From the human T2T-CHM13v2.0 reference genome, Homo sapiens: 64,000 nucleotides of DNA. Shown here piece by piece: positions 1 to 17,872 of the stretch. Location: NCBI RefSeq assembly GCF_009914755.1, contig NC_060929.1. The stretch is one strand, 5' to 3'. The translations under genes were made by a program, and so were the position numbers. The notes under the pieces are model-generated. The model was not told where the DNA came from, did no database searches, and was given only the letters and a program-made list of their open reading frames with translations. Position 1 is the stretch's first letter, and every line of letters starts with the position of its first letter.

Positions 1-560
1 GCACCAGACTAGCGCATCGCCCGAACGAACTCCGCGCATCCCTGCTAACAGATAGGGTGGCGGTACGCTGTTCCCGCTCTGTCAGGAGGAGACCGAGGCA
101 GAGTGGCGAGGTCATTGCCCCAGATGTAACTGGGGCCTGGGGCTAGGATCAGGATTGCCTTCCCGGCCCTTATGACTTTGGGCAGGTCACGACCTCCTGG
201 TTTTCAGTCTCCGTAACATCTGTAAATGTGAAGATTGAAAATACTGCGTGGAAAACACTCACCGCTTCCTGGGAGGAGGTGCGCTTCGTCGCGTAACCGA
301 GGCCTTGTGTGGCAGCTTCCCCTGGGCTGGTCGAGGCACCCGCTGGAACTGGCCTGGCAGAGCCCCAGGTTGGCTCCATGCTAGGGGGCACCCTGAGTCG
401 CCGCTGCAGATCGCGGGCCTGGAGGCCCTCACACTTGCCCGGCTGCCCCAGGCAGCCTCTTCCCTTGCTTTCTGTGGGGCGGGCACGGTTTCCACCTCTC
501 CCACCTGGGGTTGGTGTTTGGGCAGCGACGGCTGTTTCTGGTTGTGGGTGCCATTAGAGG
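1..560. promoter_or_regulatory. GC/CpG-rich region upstream of the first coding exon of ZNF354C (edge of promoter CpG island / intron 1)
   Basis: Frequent CpG (cgcatcgcccgaacg, gcgcttcgtcgcg) compared with the CpG-poor downstream DNA. The exon at 1203 starts at a splice acceptor, so a non-coding first exon must lie here or just before the window. Confidence 0.55.
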
Positions 561-1256
561 CGGCACCTGTGGAGTATTAGGAGGGACAGCAAAGCTCTGG
601 CTTTGGGTGGGGACAGTGCCTTAATCCTGTTACCTTGGGTAAAGTGTGGTAAGGCCCGACGAAGATCTAGTAAAGAGGCTGGGAAAGCTGAGTGGTTGGA
701 TTATGCTCACAGTTTCTTGGGGAGAACACAGCACTCCACGGAAGGACCACTCAGGGCGAGCAGTGGGGTCTGTCACCAGGGTAGGGATGCGGGGAAGCCT
801 CTTTATCGTGGCTACCATAGGGAGGAAAGGGTGAGGCAGGGCAGGCAGGATGAGGATCAGCTAGCTAGGCTGGGAAGTGGCGCCCCAGGAGACTGGATAT
901 TCATTGCGACTTTTAGGTGTGCAGTTCAAAGCTAGCGAAGGACTCCAGACATCCATGGGGGAGTCACGGTTTGCCTAGAGGTAGCTGAGAGGCCCGAAGG
1001 TGGAAGTTAAAGAGTCCAAGTGCAGAAATAGAAGTAGGGTTGGCACATTGCCCTAGTAAACTAGTAAACACTCTTCTTGCTTTACATCATTACGGGGGGT
1101 GGCTTTTTTGAGACCTGATGGACATTATGGGCGGTTGTAACTTCCTCTCTCCAAGCCATCTCCTGACGCCAGGGTTCTTCTTGACACCTTTTTCCTCTGC
1201 AGACCCACCGTGTCCACACTCTGCTCTCCCTGGGCAGGAAGACTGAGGAGGAAGGG

Positions 1257-1283
1257 ATGGCTGTGGATCTGCTGTCTGCTCAG
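1257..1283 (+). CDS. ZNF354C: ZNF354C first coding exon (MAVDLLSAQ); exon starts at 1203
   Basis: Pyrimidine tract plus tgcAG ending at 1202; ATG at 1257 in strong context (gggATGG); donor cag|GTGAG at 1284; phase 0 joins the KRAB-A exon. Confidence 0.92.
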
Positions 1284-2464
1284 GTGAGAGTGAGTGAAGG
1301 TTGTCTTTTTCATCAGTTGGCTTCTGGATTCAGAGATGGTAGACATGTTTCCAGACTTTGTCCAGGTACTTTTTGGTCCAACCAAAACGATGAAGAATCC
1401 GGAACCTCAAAAGTTTTTCCCAGTGTCTTGGGCTTAGCAAGGGGCTGCTGAGGAATGTGCCTCTTTTGTCCCGAGACTACTCTTAATTCACCCCGCTCAC
1501 TCTGTGATCCACATTTGAGGCAGTTCTGAGCATATGCTTCCCACTACACTGGTGCTGGGTGGGGAGAATGGGGCATGAAGCAGTCTCTGTCTTCATAGAG
1601 GATATAGTCACACTTGGGGCTAAGATGTGGAAGGGCCGGAAGACAGCCTCCACAAGCATTTATTGAGCCCTATGTACAGGATCCTGTGCAGCACACGGGA
1701 TGGAAAGAGGAAAGCTGTCATTTCCATCTTCTGGGAGTTCGTGGTATCGATCTTAGGAAACATGATTAAATGTTCAGGGGAAATATCCCAGAAGTGGGGG
1801 CATTCTGAGTTTATACTGGAGGCCAGGACTGATATTGGTGCTTAGAGAAGACTAAGGGCATCCCAGAAGGAGTTCAGCGTGGTTTGGGCTTTGAAGCCCA
1901 GAAGGAGGCAGGCCTGGGGCCTTCCCCTCCCAGTGCAGCGGGGATGTTAAGCTGTCCAAATGTCCATCTCACCTGTCTGATTGATTCCTCTATTTCCTTC
2001 TCTGATTCTTTTCTTTTTTCTCTGCTAGTTTAGCCTCTCTACCTGGGCTCTTTTTTCTTGTTCTTTCCCCATTTAAGATCCATTTTCATTACTTTAACCC
2101 TCAGCGTTCTGAGTATCTTCCCCAAATCTGTCCTCAGGCCTGACCTTTTTCCTAGCATTCCTGTCTGTCATTCCGACGTGGAAGTCCCATCTTTCCTTCA
2201 ACACCAGCTCCCTTTCCTCTAGTCCCCTCCCTTCTGTGCATTTTTTCTGCCATACTCCAAAGCCTATTCTTCATTGACTCCTTTTCCAATAGCCCATAGG
2301 CTGGAAATGTGGACTCAGGAGCTTGACTTCATGGCTTCAAATCCAAGCTAGGGATGTAGCCCTGAGCAAGTTATTTTATCTCTCTGTACCCCATTTCCTC
2401 AATTTTGGTGGGGTTAATAATATACATACATGACTGAGTTGCTATGAGCATTAGTAACAGTAGT

Positions 2465-2752
2465 AGCTGGGCACAGTAGCTCACGCCTATAATCCCAGCA
2501 CTTTTGGGAGGCCAAGACAGAAGGATTGCTTGAGCCCAGAAGTTTGAGACCAACCTGAGCAACATAGTGAGGCCTTGTCACTATACAAAATTAAAAATAA
2601 AGTAGCTGGGTGCAGCAGCACCTATAGTCCCAGATACTAAGAAGGCTGAGGTAGGAGGATCACTTGAGCCCAGGAATTCGAGGCTGCAAGTGAGCTATGA
2701 TTGTGCCACTGCACTCCAGCCTGGGCACGAGAGTGAGACCTTGTCTCAAAAA
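2465..2752 (+). mobile_element. AluJ-like, flanked by MIR-like remnants
   Basis: gctgggcacagtagctcacgcc...aggattgcttgagcccag...gagaccttgtctcaaaaa. Confidence 0.85.
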
Positions 2753-3439
2753 GAACCCCAAAAAGTAGTAATTACAAGCATATTTGCTGTGAGCCAGGTT
2801 CTATGTATTACTATGTATAAAAATATCTATTCCTTTCATATAGTAAGTCATTTAATCCTTACAAGAGGACTGTTAATATCTGGATTGTACAGATGAGGAG
2901 ACAGGCACAGAGAAGCAAGTAACTTGATCAAGGTCACACAGCTGGCTTTTGATCCCAACAAGACAGTCTATACTGTTAGCATCATGCTCTGAAAAAGTAC
3001 ATTTAAAATGCTGAGAGAAGTGCATGGCACGTATTAAGACCTCCATAAATTCCAGCTGTTACTATGATCAGTATCAGTAACAGCAGCAGCAGCACTATTT
3101 TAGGACCTGCCAGATTTGGTGTGCTTCGCCTCACTAGGCCTGATTCCTTAATTAGAAGCAGATGGATATTTCAGGAAACCAAGACGGAAAGACCAGCAAA
3201 ATGCAGTGCACAGGAATATCCAGCTATTACCTGGGCTATCTGCTGCCCAAAGGTAGGGTTGTTCGCTATCTGAGCTCGCCTACATCCACAGCAGGAGAGA
3301 CTTACTTCATTTTAGCCAAGGGCAGAGGTAGGTTTGTTTGCAACTCAGAGCCAGTTTTTGTTGTTGTTGTTTTTGGAAGGGGTGACAGCTGATTCAATAT
3401 CTAATCCTTTTGTGGGTTTTTGTTGTTGTTGTTGTTGCT

Positions 3440-3901
<462 letters not shown>

Positions 3902-4229
3902 TATGTAACCCTTTTGATTAAGTCTCCTGGGGACCCAGAGTGTCCCAATCACAGGTCTCATTACCCCATTTAAGTCAGTGCAATGGTGATATCCAATATC
4001 ACATTCTGTCCTCATTAAGGGTACCGAGGGAGAAATTTCTCTCTACTTGTTAGGAAAACTGCAAACAAGCATATTTTTTGGAAAAAAATAGGTTCTTTGC
4101 AATATTACATATTTCCATGTAATATATAATTTATTGTCTGGGGAAAAGGCACATGGAATTTGGTATTGATTGCTTAATAGTCATAATTTGTTAATTACAT
4201 ATTTTTCTGCAGTAAATAAGTACTTTTTT

Positions 4230-6170
<1,941 letters not shown>

Positions 6171-6772
6171 TAATTTTAAATGATCAAGTAGAATTGTATT
6201 TTTAACATGGAAGGATATACATGCTATATAGTAAGAAGATTTGGAATATGAAATGACAGTAATCATTTATCATTTCTCACAGTTTCTCTGGGTTAGGAAT
6301 GCAGGTGTGTGAGAGAAACAGCTTACCACACAAAGTCGGGTGTCTCAGCTGAGAGATTTAAAGACTAAAGGCTATAGAATCGTTTGAAGCCTCAGTCGTT
6401 CACATGTCAGGTAGTTGATGCTTGCTGTTGGCTCATTGCTGTGATCACAGATAGGGCTATTGGATGGAGCATCTACCCATAATCTCTCCTTGTGACTTGG
6501 GCTTACAACATGGCGACTAGGCTCCAAAAGTGAGCATCCAGTGAGCCAGGTGAAAGGTGTATTATTTTACTACTTTTTCTTGGAAGTTACATGCATCATT
6601 TCCATTGAATTCCACTGGACAGCTTCAAAGGAAGGAAACATAGAACTCACTTCTTGGTGGGAGAAATGTCAGTGTCACATTATACAAAGAGCACGTAAGA
6701 TGAGAGAGAAATTGATGTGGTCATCTTGGGAAAGTATCATCTTCCACATTTGTCAGAATTAAAATATGTATA

Positions 6773-7363
<591 letters not shown>

Positions 7364-7921
7364 AGATTTCTCTATGTGGATGTGATAAAGATCCATGAAA
7401 TGCTAGTAAAGCAGGATTGAGAATTTTCCCATTAAAAAAGGATACATGTGTAAAGCACTGCTAGTTACCTGTAGAATGGGGCCGCTAATTGGAGTTAGGA
7501 GAGAATCCCTAACATTGCACTGCGTGTTCTTTTGCATCCTTTCTATTTTTTAGCACGCGTCTGTTTTCATATTGTTTAACGAATAGTCAAAAGAACACGG
7601 TGTGTGTAATTGGATCTAAAGTCTGGAATACATTTCTAAAAGAGGAACAAAAGTTGTCTTGAGTAATAGGATTTAGTATGATTTACATTGTGTTTTTGTT
7701 TTCAATTTAGACATTTTTTTCTGAAGTTTAATTTGTTTAATTTTAGTCTCTGATTATGCTTAATTTGTATACTTTTTAAAAAGCGAATGAAATTTTAAAA
7801 GAAAAAGAATGCTTTTTTTTTTTTTTTCCTGGAAGTATTCTAAGGCCTAGGGGAACGGGATTGGTGGTAAAGACGGAAGTTGGGTTTGCCGTGAGTGTCC
7901 TGTTAACAGCAACACGGAGCC

Positions 7922-8585
7922 TGTATTAGTGTGCCAGGGCACCATAGCAAAATACCAGAGACGAGGTGGCCTCAACCATGGAAATGTGTGTTCTTGCAGT
8001 TCTGGTGGCCAAAAGTCCAAGATCAAGGTGTGGGCAAGTCTGGCTTCTCCTGAGGCCTCCTTGGCTGCTTGATGGCTGCCTTCTCGCTGCCTCCTGCCAC
8101 ATGGCCTCTCCTGCGCATGAGCGTGTCCGTGTCCTGATCTCCCCTTCTTAGAAGCACATGCCGGTATTAGATTAGGATCCAGCCTAAAGGCCTCATTTTA
8201 ACTTAATTACCTCTTTAAAGATCTTGTTTCCAAATATTATTACATTCTGAGGCATAGGGGTGGAAGCCAAAAATAAAATTAGAAGGCCCCCTGCAGCTGT
8301 CTGAATGGACTTCCTCCTTGGCCCTTGAAATTTAACCTGAAAGACTGGTTCAGGCCGTGACAGGAAGTAGGGGTTGGACAAGCCTCATTGTACCCTCCAG
8401 CATTAATATCTACACAAACCTTAAATCTGATAAGAAACATTTACAGTCTATTCTCTCTAAAGCCTGCTACTTGGAGGTTTCATCTGCCTGACAAAACCTA
8501 GGTCTCCACAACCCGTTATCATGACCCAGACATTCCTTTCTACTGATGATAATTCTTTCAACCAACTGCCAGGCAGAATATGTTT
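7922..8585. mobile_element. MLT1-type MaLR LTR (7922-8260) abutting a MER4-type ERV1 LTR fragment (8260-8585)
   Basis: tgtattagt...aagtccaagatcaagg...cattctgagg (MLT1); ccaaaaataaaatt...ctgaatggacttcctcc...tttaacctgaaagactggttcaggcc (MER4D-like). Confidence 0.7.
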
Positions 8586-9092
<507 letters not shown>

Positions 9093-9192
9093 CTAGCTTT
9101 AATTATAGATAAGGTACAGGCTTGTGACCCAAGCTTGACCTACTTCAGACTTTCAGTCAGGAGCTAGAGCTACGAGGAAACAGGAAGAGAAC

Positions 9193-9530
9193 AAAGGTCT
9201 CCAACCCCCAGTTTTGCAGACCGGTACCAGCTCCTGGTCTATTAGGAACCAGGCGGTACAGCAGGAAGTGAACAGCAGGTGAGCGAGCATTACCACCTGA
9301 GCTCTGCCGCCTGTCAGATCGGCAGCGGCATTAGATTTCATAGGAACATGAACCCTATTGTGAACTGCGCACGTGAGGGGCCCAGGTTGTGTGCTCCTTA
9401 TGAGAATCTAATGCCTGTGATCTGAGATGGAACAGTTTTATCCTGAGACCATTCCCCCAACCCTCCTGTCTGTGGAAGAACTGTCTTCCACGAAACCTGT
9501 CCCTGGTGCCAAAAGGCTTGGGGGCCTCTG
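9193..9530. mobile_element. MER1-type hAT-Charlie non-autonomous element
   Basis: ggtctccaacccc...gaccggtacc...gcagcggcattagatt...ccctggtgccaaaaggcttggggg. Confidence 0.75.
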
Positions 9531-10030
9531 ATATCGAGTACAGTCTGGTAATTTGTGGCAACATCAGTAACATTGAGTTTGTAGGGGAAGGAGGAGTGGC
9601 ACAGCAAAAGCAGTAGCTGTCTTGTGCTGGTGAGGCTGTACCATCTACTTTTCCATGACAACAGTATTCTCACAAGTCTGGTTTCCTAGTGTGATCCTGG
9701 CTGTGGTCCGGAATGTTGCTGCCCTAGTTTCTGTTTTATTTTCCAAGCCTACTTCTGTGACTATCAGTTTCCCTGGAGCTACCTGGTCTCTTGTGTAAAT
9801 GAGCCAAAGTCAGTTTCTATTGCTGGAAACCTAAAACAAACTTCACATTTCTTATAATCTTCTTATAAAGCCACCTGCCACAACCCAGATTCTCATCTTG
9901 CATTTTAAAAATACAGCTTAGACAACAAGTGTTTCTAAGTGAGAACATTATAAGCATTTTGAGTGGAGTTGTCTTTCCTTATGCAGCACTCTCTCATCCA
10001 TTTCCAGATGATTAGCAGCCTTGATCGCTC

Positions 10031-10338
10031 TTTTTTTTTTTTTTTTTTTTTTTTTGAGACAGAGTCTTGCTCTGTTGCCCAAGCTGGAGTGTAGTGGTGC
10101 GATCTCGGCTCACTGCAAGCTCCGCCTCTCAGGTTCACGCCATTCTCCTGCCTCAGCCTCCTGAGTAGCTGGGACTACAGGCGCCTGCCACCAAGCCTGG
10201 CTAATTTTTTTTTGTATTTTTAGTAGAGACGGCATTTCACTGTGTTACCCAGGATGGTCTTGATCTCCTGACCTCGTGATCTGCCTGCCTCAGCCTCCCA
10301 AAGTGCTGGGATTACAGGCGTGAGCCACTGTGCCTGAC
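10031..10338 (-). mobile_element. AluY-like
   Basis: Long poly-T, gcaagctccgcctc, caggatggtcttgatctcctgacctcgtg. Confidence 0.9.
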
Positions 10339-10599
10339 CCTGATCTCTTTTTTTAAACGCCGGCAGGACTCCCTTAGTCACTGTGAAAAATGAAACACCC
10401 TCACACATTGCTACTCACTCTAGGGAGGTGGGAGGAGATACCACACGCTAACGAGAACAACTGGATGAGATGATTGATAAGATGTGTTTCAGGTCTGGAG
10501 TTCTAGTAGTCGGTCATTTTATCATTTCTTAATATTTAATGACTTTGCCAGGCTCATTTTTTTTTTTTTTTTTTTTACTTTTTAAAATATACTTTCAAA

Positions 10600-12700
10600 A
10601 AGATACATGTGCTTCCAGCTTCTGGTAATAGAGAAATAGCTCCTTTCAGACTAATTCATCTGTGGATAACTACTACACTCTGGATAAAATATAAGAAACC
10701 TTAAGGTACTGGAGAGAAATCAAAAGCAGACAGATATTAGACACCTGTGTATATTTGGAAGAAGGAATTGTCACCAGATAAATTTTCTGTTTTTTACAGC
10801 TTTTTGCCTGGGAGTAGGCCACAGTCAGCACCAACAGAATAATCAAAACTTAGTCACAAACTTGCAGTCTTACTGGTGTGAATAACCACAAGATAGAGTT
10901 TGAGGCAAACTTAGCAGTTGGAAAGTGAGAGGAGGAATCTTGGAAAGGAGAGAGGCAGAGAAGGGAAGCCCCAGATTCTGTGCACAAACTCTGCCCAAAT
11001 CTCTAGCTGACCCCTGAACCATACATGCACAGGACAGACTCAAAGTAGCCCAAATAAGAACTGAACAAAGATATTTGATGCTGCCCACTAGAGAGGTGGC
11101 AGAGTTCGGAATTTGACTCCAACTAAATTAACTACCTGCTTAAAAAAGTCAGTACTCTTCAAAGGAACATAACAAAATCCAGAGTTTCTACACATTGTGT
11201 ACTGTACAATTTCCAGGATAAGGTAGGCATATGAAGAAATGGGGAAGTGTAACCAAAACTCAAGAGGAAGACAATCAATAGAGACAATGACCCAGATGAC
11301 CCAGATATTAGAATTCACAAAGATTTTAAAGCAACTACTATAACTGTGCTCAAGGACTTAAAGGAAAATATACATGTAAAGAATGAACTAATAGGAAATG
11401 CAAGCAGAGAAATAGAGATTGTGAAAAAAGTAATTCTAGACTATGAAGTTTTAGAACTGAAAAATAAGATACCTGAAATTGTAAAAAAAAAAAATTACTG
11501 AATAGGCTTAACTTTTGGAAATGAACATAAGGAGAAGTCAGTGACAGTTGAAGGTAGATTGACAGAAATTATCCTATCTGAAAAACAGGGAGAAAAAAGG
11601 CCCTCAGTTACCAATTAAATGATATTAAAAGGTCTAATATACATGAAATTAGAGTTCTAGAAGGAGAGGGGACAAAGAATGGACAAACTATATTAAAAGG
11701 AAATAATGGCCTAAAATTTATCAAATTTGGTAAAAAACATAAATTTACTGATTTATAACATTTGATGAATCTCAAGCAGGATAAATACAAAGGAAGTCAC
11801 AGCTACACACATCATTGATCAGTGACATGCAATAGAAATATAGTGTGAACCAAGAATGCAAGCCACATACCTAATATAAAATTTTCCACCAGCTACATTA
11901 AAAAAGTAAACAGAAGCAAATAAATTAACTTTAATAATATATTTTCTTTGACCCAGTAGATCCAAATATTATTTCCACATGAAATCAATATAAAATTATT
12001 GAGATAACTTGCATATATGTTTGTGTATGTATGTATGTATATGTTGTATGTGTGTGTATGTATGTTTTTAAGTAAATAATCTGGTATGTATTTTATACAG
12101 ATAACATATCGCAATTCAGAAGAGCCACATTTCATGTACTTAGTAGCCACATATAGCTAGCTGGTTTCTACCATATTGGGGAAAGTCATAGAGAAATCAC
12201 AAAAAACAAAGATTTGAAAGGAGGCTGAAAAAAATTGTACTACATACAGAGAATCAATATTTGAATGACCGCTGGCTTCTCATCAGAAACAACAAAGACC
12301 AGGAAGCAATAGAATGACATTTTACATGCTGAAAGAGAGAGACAAAAAAAATCAACCCAGAATTCTATATCCAATGAAAATACTCTTCAAGAATCAAGAT
12401 GAAATAAAGCCATTTTCAGGTAAAATAAAATTAAGCTAATTCATTGCCAGCAGGCCTGTACTATAAGATACACTAAAAAGGAAGTTATGTAAGTTAAAAG
12501 AAAAATATACCAGAGGGGAACTCTGATTTTAGGAAGAATGAAGAGCATTAGAAATGGTAGCTATCTGGATAAATATAAAATACTTTTTTTCCTTTCGATT
12601 TCTTTAAAGTGCAGCTGATTGCTTAAAGCAAAATAATACTATTGTATTATAGGAGGGGGTTTACAATGTAGGCAGCTATAATACAAATAACCACCATGAA
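10600..12700 (+). mobile_element. Old L1M 5' UTR/ORF1 remnant with a MER3/MER33-like insertion (~11820-12175)
   Basis: ORF1-like remnants (ttctcatcagaaacaac, tcaacccagaattctatatcca); the insert reads caatagaaatatagtgtgaacc...agccacatttcatgtact. Confidence 0.65.
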
Positions 12701-12829
12701 GATAGAATTTATTTACATCTGGACTGGAAAAGCTCTATCTTTTTCTCTAGAAAAGCTCTATTTTTATCTCTGGGAATTCTTGGTGGTCTATTTTTTTGAC
12801 TCTTGGCCAAAACAAGATAAAGGCAGCAT

Positions 12830-13620
12830 GGTTTTTTGTTGTTGTTGTTTTTTGTTTTTTGTTTTGTTTTTGTTTCTGTTTTTTGAGACAGAGGGCTGGA
12901 GTGAAGTGGTGTGATCTTGGCTCACTGCAGCTTCCCTGGGTTCAAACAATTCTCATGTCTCAGCCTCCTGAGTAGCTGGGACAACAGGTGCATGCAACCA
13001 AGCCTGGCTAATTTTTTGTATTTTTAGTAGAGATGGGGTTTCACCATGTTGCCCAGGCTGGTCTTGAACTGCTGAGCTCAGGCAGTCCACCCACCTTGGC
13101 CTACCAAAGTGCTAGGGTTACAGGTGTGAGCCACTGAACCCAGCCATCAGCTTGTGTAAGTTTTTGTTGTTGTTGTTTTGTTTGTTTTTTCAGAAAGAGT
13201 CTCGCTCTGTCTCCCAGGCTGGAGTGCAGTGGTGTGATCTTGGGTCACTGCAACCTCTACCTCCCGGTTCAAGTGATTCTCCTGCCTCAGCCTCCCGAGT
13301 AGCTGGGACTACAGGCACGTGCCACCATGCCCAGCTAATTTTTGTATTTTTAGTAGAGATGGGGTTTCACCATGTTGGCCAGGATGGTCTCCATCTCTTG
13401 ACCTCGTGATCCGCCCGCGTCAGCCTCCCAAAGTGCTGAGATTACAGGTGTGAGCCACCGCGCCTGGCTAATTTTTGTACTTTTTTTTTTTTTTTTAGTA
13501 GAGACAGGGTTTCACTGTGTTGGCCAGGAAGTTCTCGCACTCCTGACCTCAGGTGATCCGCCCACCTCCGCCTCCCAAGGGGCTGGGATTACAGGCGTGA
13601 GCCACCACACCCGGCCTGGC
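12830..13620 (-). mobile_element. Antisense Alu cluster (one dimer + one nested trimer)
   Basis: Alu bodies at ~12830-13146 and ~13160-13470, plus an extra left arm at ~13470-13617. Confidence 0.87.
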
Positions 13621-14164
13621 TTGTGTATTTTTAAGATCTCAATGCCACTGGCTACTCCTGGTAAGCTTCCTTACTGATGGCTTGCAACTGGCCTAAATGA
13701 TTTGACAGGACTTGCTTGATTACATAAAAAGGCCCCTGCTGAGAGTTCCTCCTTTGAGCTCTCCCACACCAAGATTCTTCACACAGACCCAGAGTCATGG
13801 CGTGGTCTGTGCAAATAAGGGAGACAGCACATGGAGTGTCTCTTGGCTTTCTAGTGCTTCCCTGAACTCTCTTTCTCTTGCTGTGCTGTACCCTTTGCCT
13901 TTCAATAAAAACCTTGACATGAATACGCTCAGTGAAGTTTGGTAAGTGCTGTCAACTCTCTGAACTGGGAAAATCTTTGTAAAACTATAGCATAAAGAAG
14001 GGTGGTGATGTCCTATATACTTGCAAGATTCTTGCATTCTATGTGAAACGATATATTAGCTCTAAATAGGTGATGAGTAACCAAAAATGTACATTATAAT
14101 TATTCGAGTAACCACTAAAAATACAAAGAGGTCTAACTACAAAGTCAACATATAAGTTAAAATA

Positions 14165-14663
<499 letters not shown>

Positions 14664-15062
14664 TCAAAGCAAAGGAACACACATACATACACACAATCTC
14701 CCTAACTGTAAAAAACTGTAAGCCTAATGATAGGGCATAAAGTAATAAGTGAAAGATTGCTTTTCTGCCCCTCTCCACAAATATCAAAGAATAACGAGGG
14801 TGACAGCTTGTATCCTTCCAGATAGTTGTGCATGTGTCATATATATGTATATACAGATGTAGAGTTTTTCAACAAATATAGATTCTTTTGTGGCTGGCTT
14901 TTTCATATGAATCAATAATATATGAAGGTCAAATTCCAGTGTCATAGAGATCTACCTCATTCTATTTAGCGGCTGCATGACGTTTCATGGAATAAATGTA
15001 CTGAAATTTGCTTATCCATTCCCTTATTGATAGATATGTAGGTTGTCTTCAATTGTTCACAT

Positions 15063-15360
15063 TGTATTTCTTTCTTATTGCTGCTGTAACAAATTACTAC
15101 AAATGCAGCATCTTGAAACAGCATAAATGTATTCTTTTACAGTTCTGGAAGTCAGAAGTCTGAATTCAGTTTTACTGGCTTGAGGTCAGGCTGTCGGCAG
15201 GGCTGGGTCCTTCTAGGGCTCTCAGGGGAAAATCTGTTTCCTTGCCCTTTTCACCGTCTAGTGGTTCCCTGCAGCCCTTGGCTTGTGGCCCTCTCATCCA
15301 TCTTCCGAGCCTAGCACTCCAGTCTCTGCTTCTGTCATCACATCGCCTTCTCTTGAGAAA
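15063..15360. mobile_element. MLT1-type LTR fragment
   Basis: tgtattt...ttgctgctgtaacaaattac...acagttctggaagtcagaagtctgaa. Confidence 0.7.
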
Positions 15361-15610
15361 GATCCCAGGCTGGTATTTAAATTGCCTGTTGGCAGGAACT
15401 TTGCCTGTTTTCCCCTACTCCCACTGCACGTGGCATGTGTCATTGTTCTCAATGAGTACTCCATAAATACTTTTTTAATTAAATAGCTAATGGGTGGTTC
15501 CAAAAATTACGTAAACAGTTGACGTGAATTATTAGAATCCTGAGATTTTCTGTACATCCCACTGTCACTTTCTTCCTGCATTTTCCGTTGAAGAAGATGG
15601 TCCTGGGTGA

Positions 15611-15778
<168 letters not shown>

Positions 15779-16260
15779 TGACGAAGAATCTGTTATAGGA
15801 ACGCCTCACAGGTCCATCTTTGGGGTTCCGAGCCTGTGGTCTTGTACCCTACTGAGCCCCTCAGAAAGGCTGAATTGCTGTAGAGTGGAAAGTGTACATC
15901 TTTGTTGTGATGCCCTTCTTGCTATCTGTTTCTCTACCCTCCACTCTCCCTCACATCCTACCGCCAATCAGTTCCCTCCTTGGAGTAGGCCAATGACTAG
16001 AGATCCCAGTTTAGATTCTGAAAAACACATAGGGACCCCCCATCTTAGAGGCCTTCATTGTCAGGGCCCTATAATGGTTCTGAACTGAGACCTTCCCCAG
16101 CCATTGACAGCTCCAGTGCCCCTGCGAAGTGCTTGTGCTGCCTTGTCTGCCTCTCAGGGCTTGCCTTCTTTGCTGTATTGGTTCAGAGTGAGTAGTAGGT
16201 CAGTTCTAGGATTGGTCTTCATGCTATTTGTTCAAACTTCATTTGCTTCCTCATGAGCAG

Positions 16261-16356
16261 GGATTCCATTTTCAATGCCAAAGTTGATTCATCAGTTGCA
16301 GCAAGGAGAAGATCCCTGCATGGTGGAAAGAGAAGTCCCTTCAGATACCCGTCTAG
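16261..16356 (+). CDS. ZNF354C: ZNF354C KRAB-B exon ([32 protein letters not shown])
   Basis: gcAG acceptor ending 16260 and GTAAGT donor at 16357; 96 nt, phase 1-1; KRAB-B-like [13 protein letters not shown]. Confidence 0.96.
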
Positions 16357-16999
16357 GTAAGTGAGAGGCTGGGAAATGGGCACAAGGGGTTCTTTATAGA
16401 CAAGTAGGTCACAAAGAGGCAGTTCTTGGGAAACTCTTGGAAATACTGAGTCCTCTTGAGATGCTCAGGCCAGTTGTATTTTGTTTGAGTTGTATAGGTT
16501 AAAGTACACACAATTACCTAATTGCAATTATCTAATGTTAACCTATTTTCTATCATGGATTGATGAAAGGAAATCAGGTTTTAACAGAGAGTAGTTTAGA
16601 GTCACCTCGAACTAAATCTTTTCACCCAGAATCAAAGCTGAGCTTGGGGCTTGGGCATTTTTCAGGACTTTAAGACATACTGACTTCAAATCTCCTGCAG
16701 ATTTTCATTATTCTCAAGAGATTCCTACAAAGAGAGTGCAGTCTTTTGGTTGCAGCTTATTAGAAGAAATGAATATGTCTCTCTTTGTGATAAAATAAAA
16801 AGAGGAAAATAAAAAGAAAGGTAATATGAAAAAAATTGTTATTCTTCCAATCACCAGGGACAGATTGTTGCACAGGGGTGATTTACTCCATGTTTTCCTC
16901 TTTTTTATAATGAGCATCTTAAACTTCGATCACATAGAATCATCACAGTCATGCTGCAGGGCTGTTGTGATTTTCAAAACCTGAATGTCCCCCCACTCC

Positions 17000-17351
<352 letters not shown>

Positions 17352-17872
17352 TGAAGTAAAGAAATTTAAGAAAACCAATCCAAATATTTAAAAGATTATC
17401 GGGCATAGAGTTTCAGAGAGAGCATGGGGAGAAAACGTAATGAAAGGGACATGTGAGTAAGAAGGAGAAGGTGGACAGGCTGCCTACTTCATTGCCTGGT
17501 ATATGCATAGTGGAAAATGATGACAGAGTGGAGTATCCCATGGTATTCAGCGTGGGCTTATCATTTGGCATTTTTCTGTATCCTCATATCTTCTACTCAG
17601 CCTGTTCTTCTGCATCTAACTTTACTATATCCAGGTGGAATCGCTTCATTTTCATTGTTAATTTGTCCAGTGTATTCTCCCATGCCATTCCTTAACCTGT
17701 TTACCTCACTTTCCTTTATCCCATCCTGTTCTTCCCAAGATTCAAGTCAGCATTTGAAATCTGATTGTATCACTCTTCTTTCATATATACTGTTACCAGT
17801 TTTTTTGTCTCACCGATACATCAGTTTGTTTCTTCCAGCAGAGGAGGCATTAATTCTTCTGATTCATTTTAG

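Noticed and set aside
1284-1451. Read-through ORF after MAVDLLSAQ (64 aa)
   Set aside because: The strong donor at 1284 joins the KRAB-A exon in frame to give the 554-aa protein; the rest is intron.
13640-13970. Possible LTR fragment with AATAAA in the ZNF354C intron
   Set aside because: Resembles an old ERV LTR 3' half, but family and boundaries could not be supported by eye.
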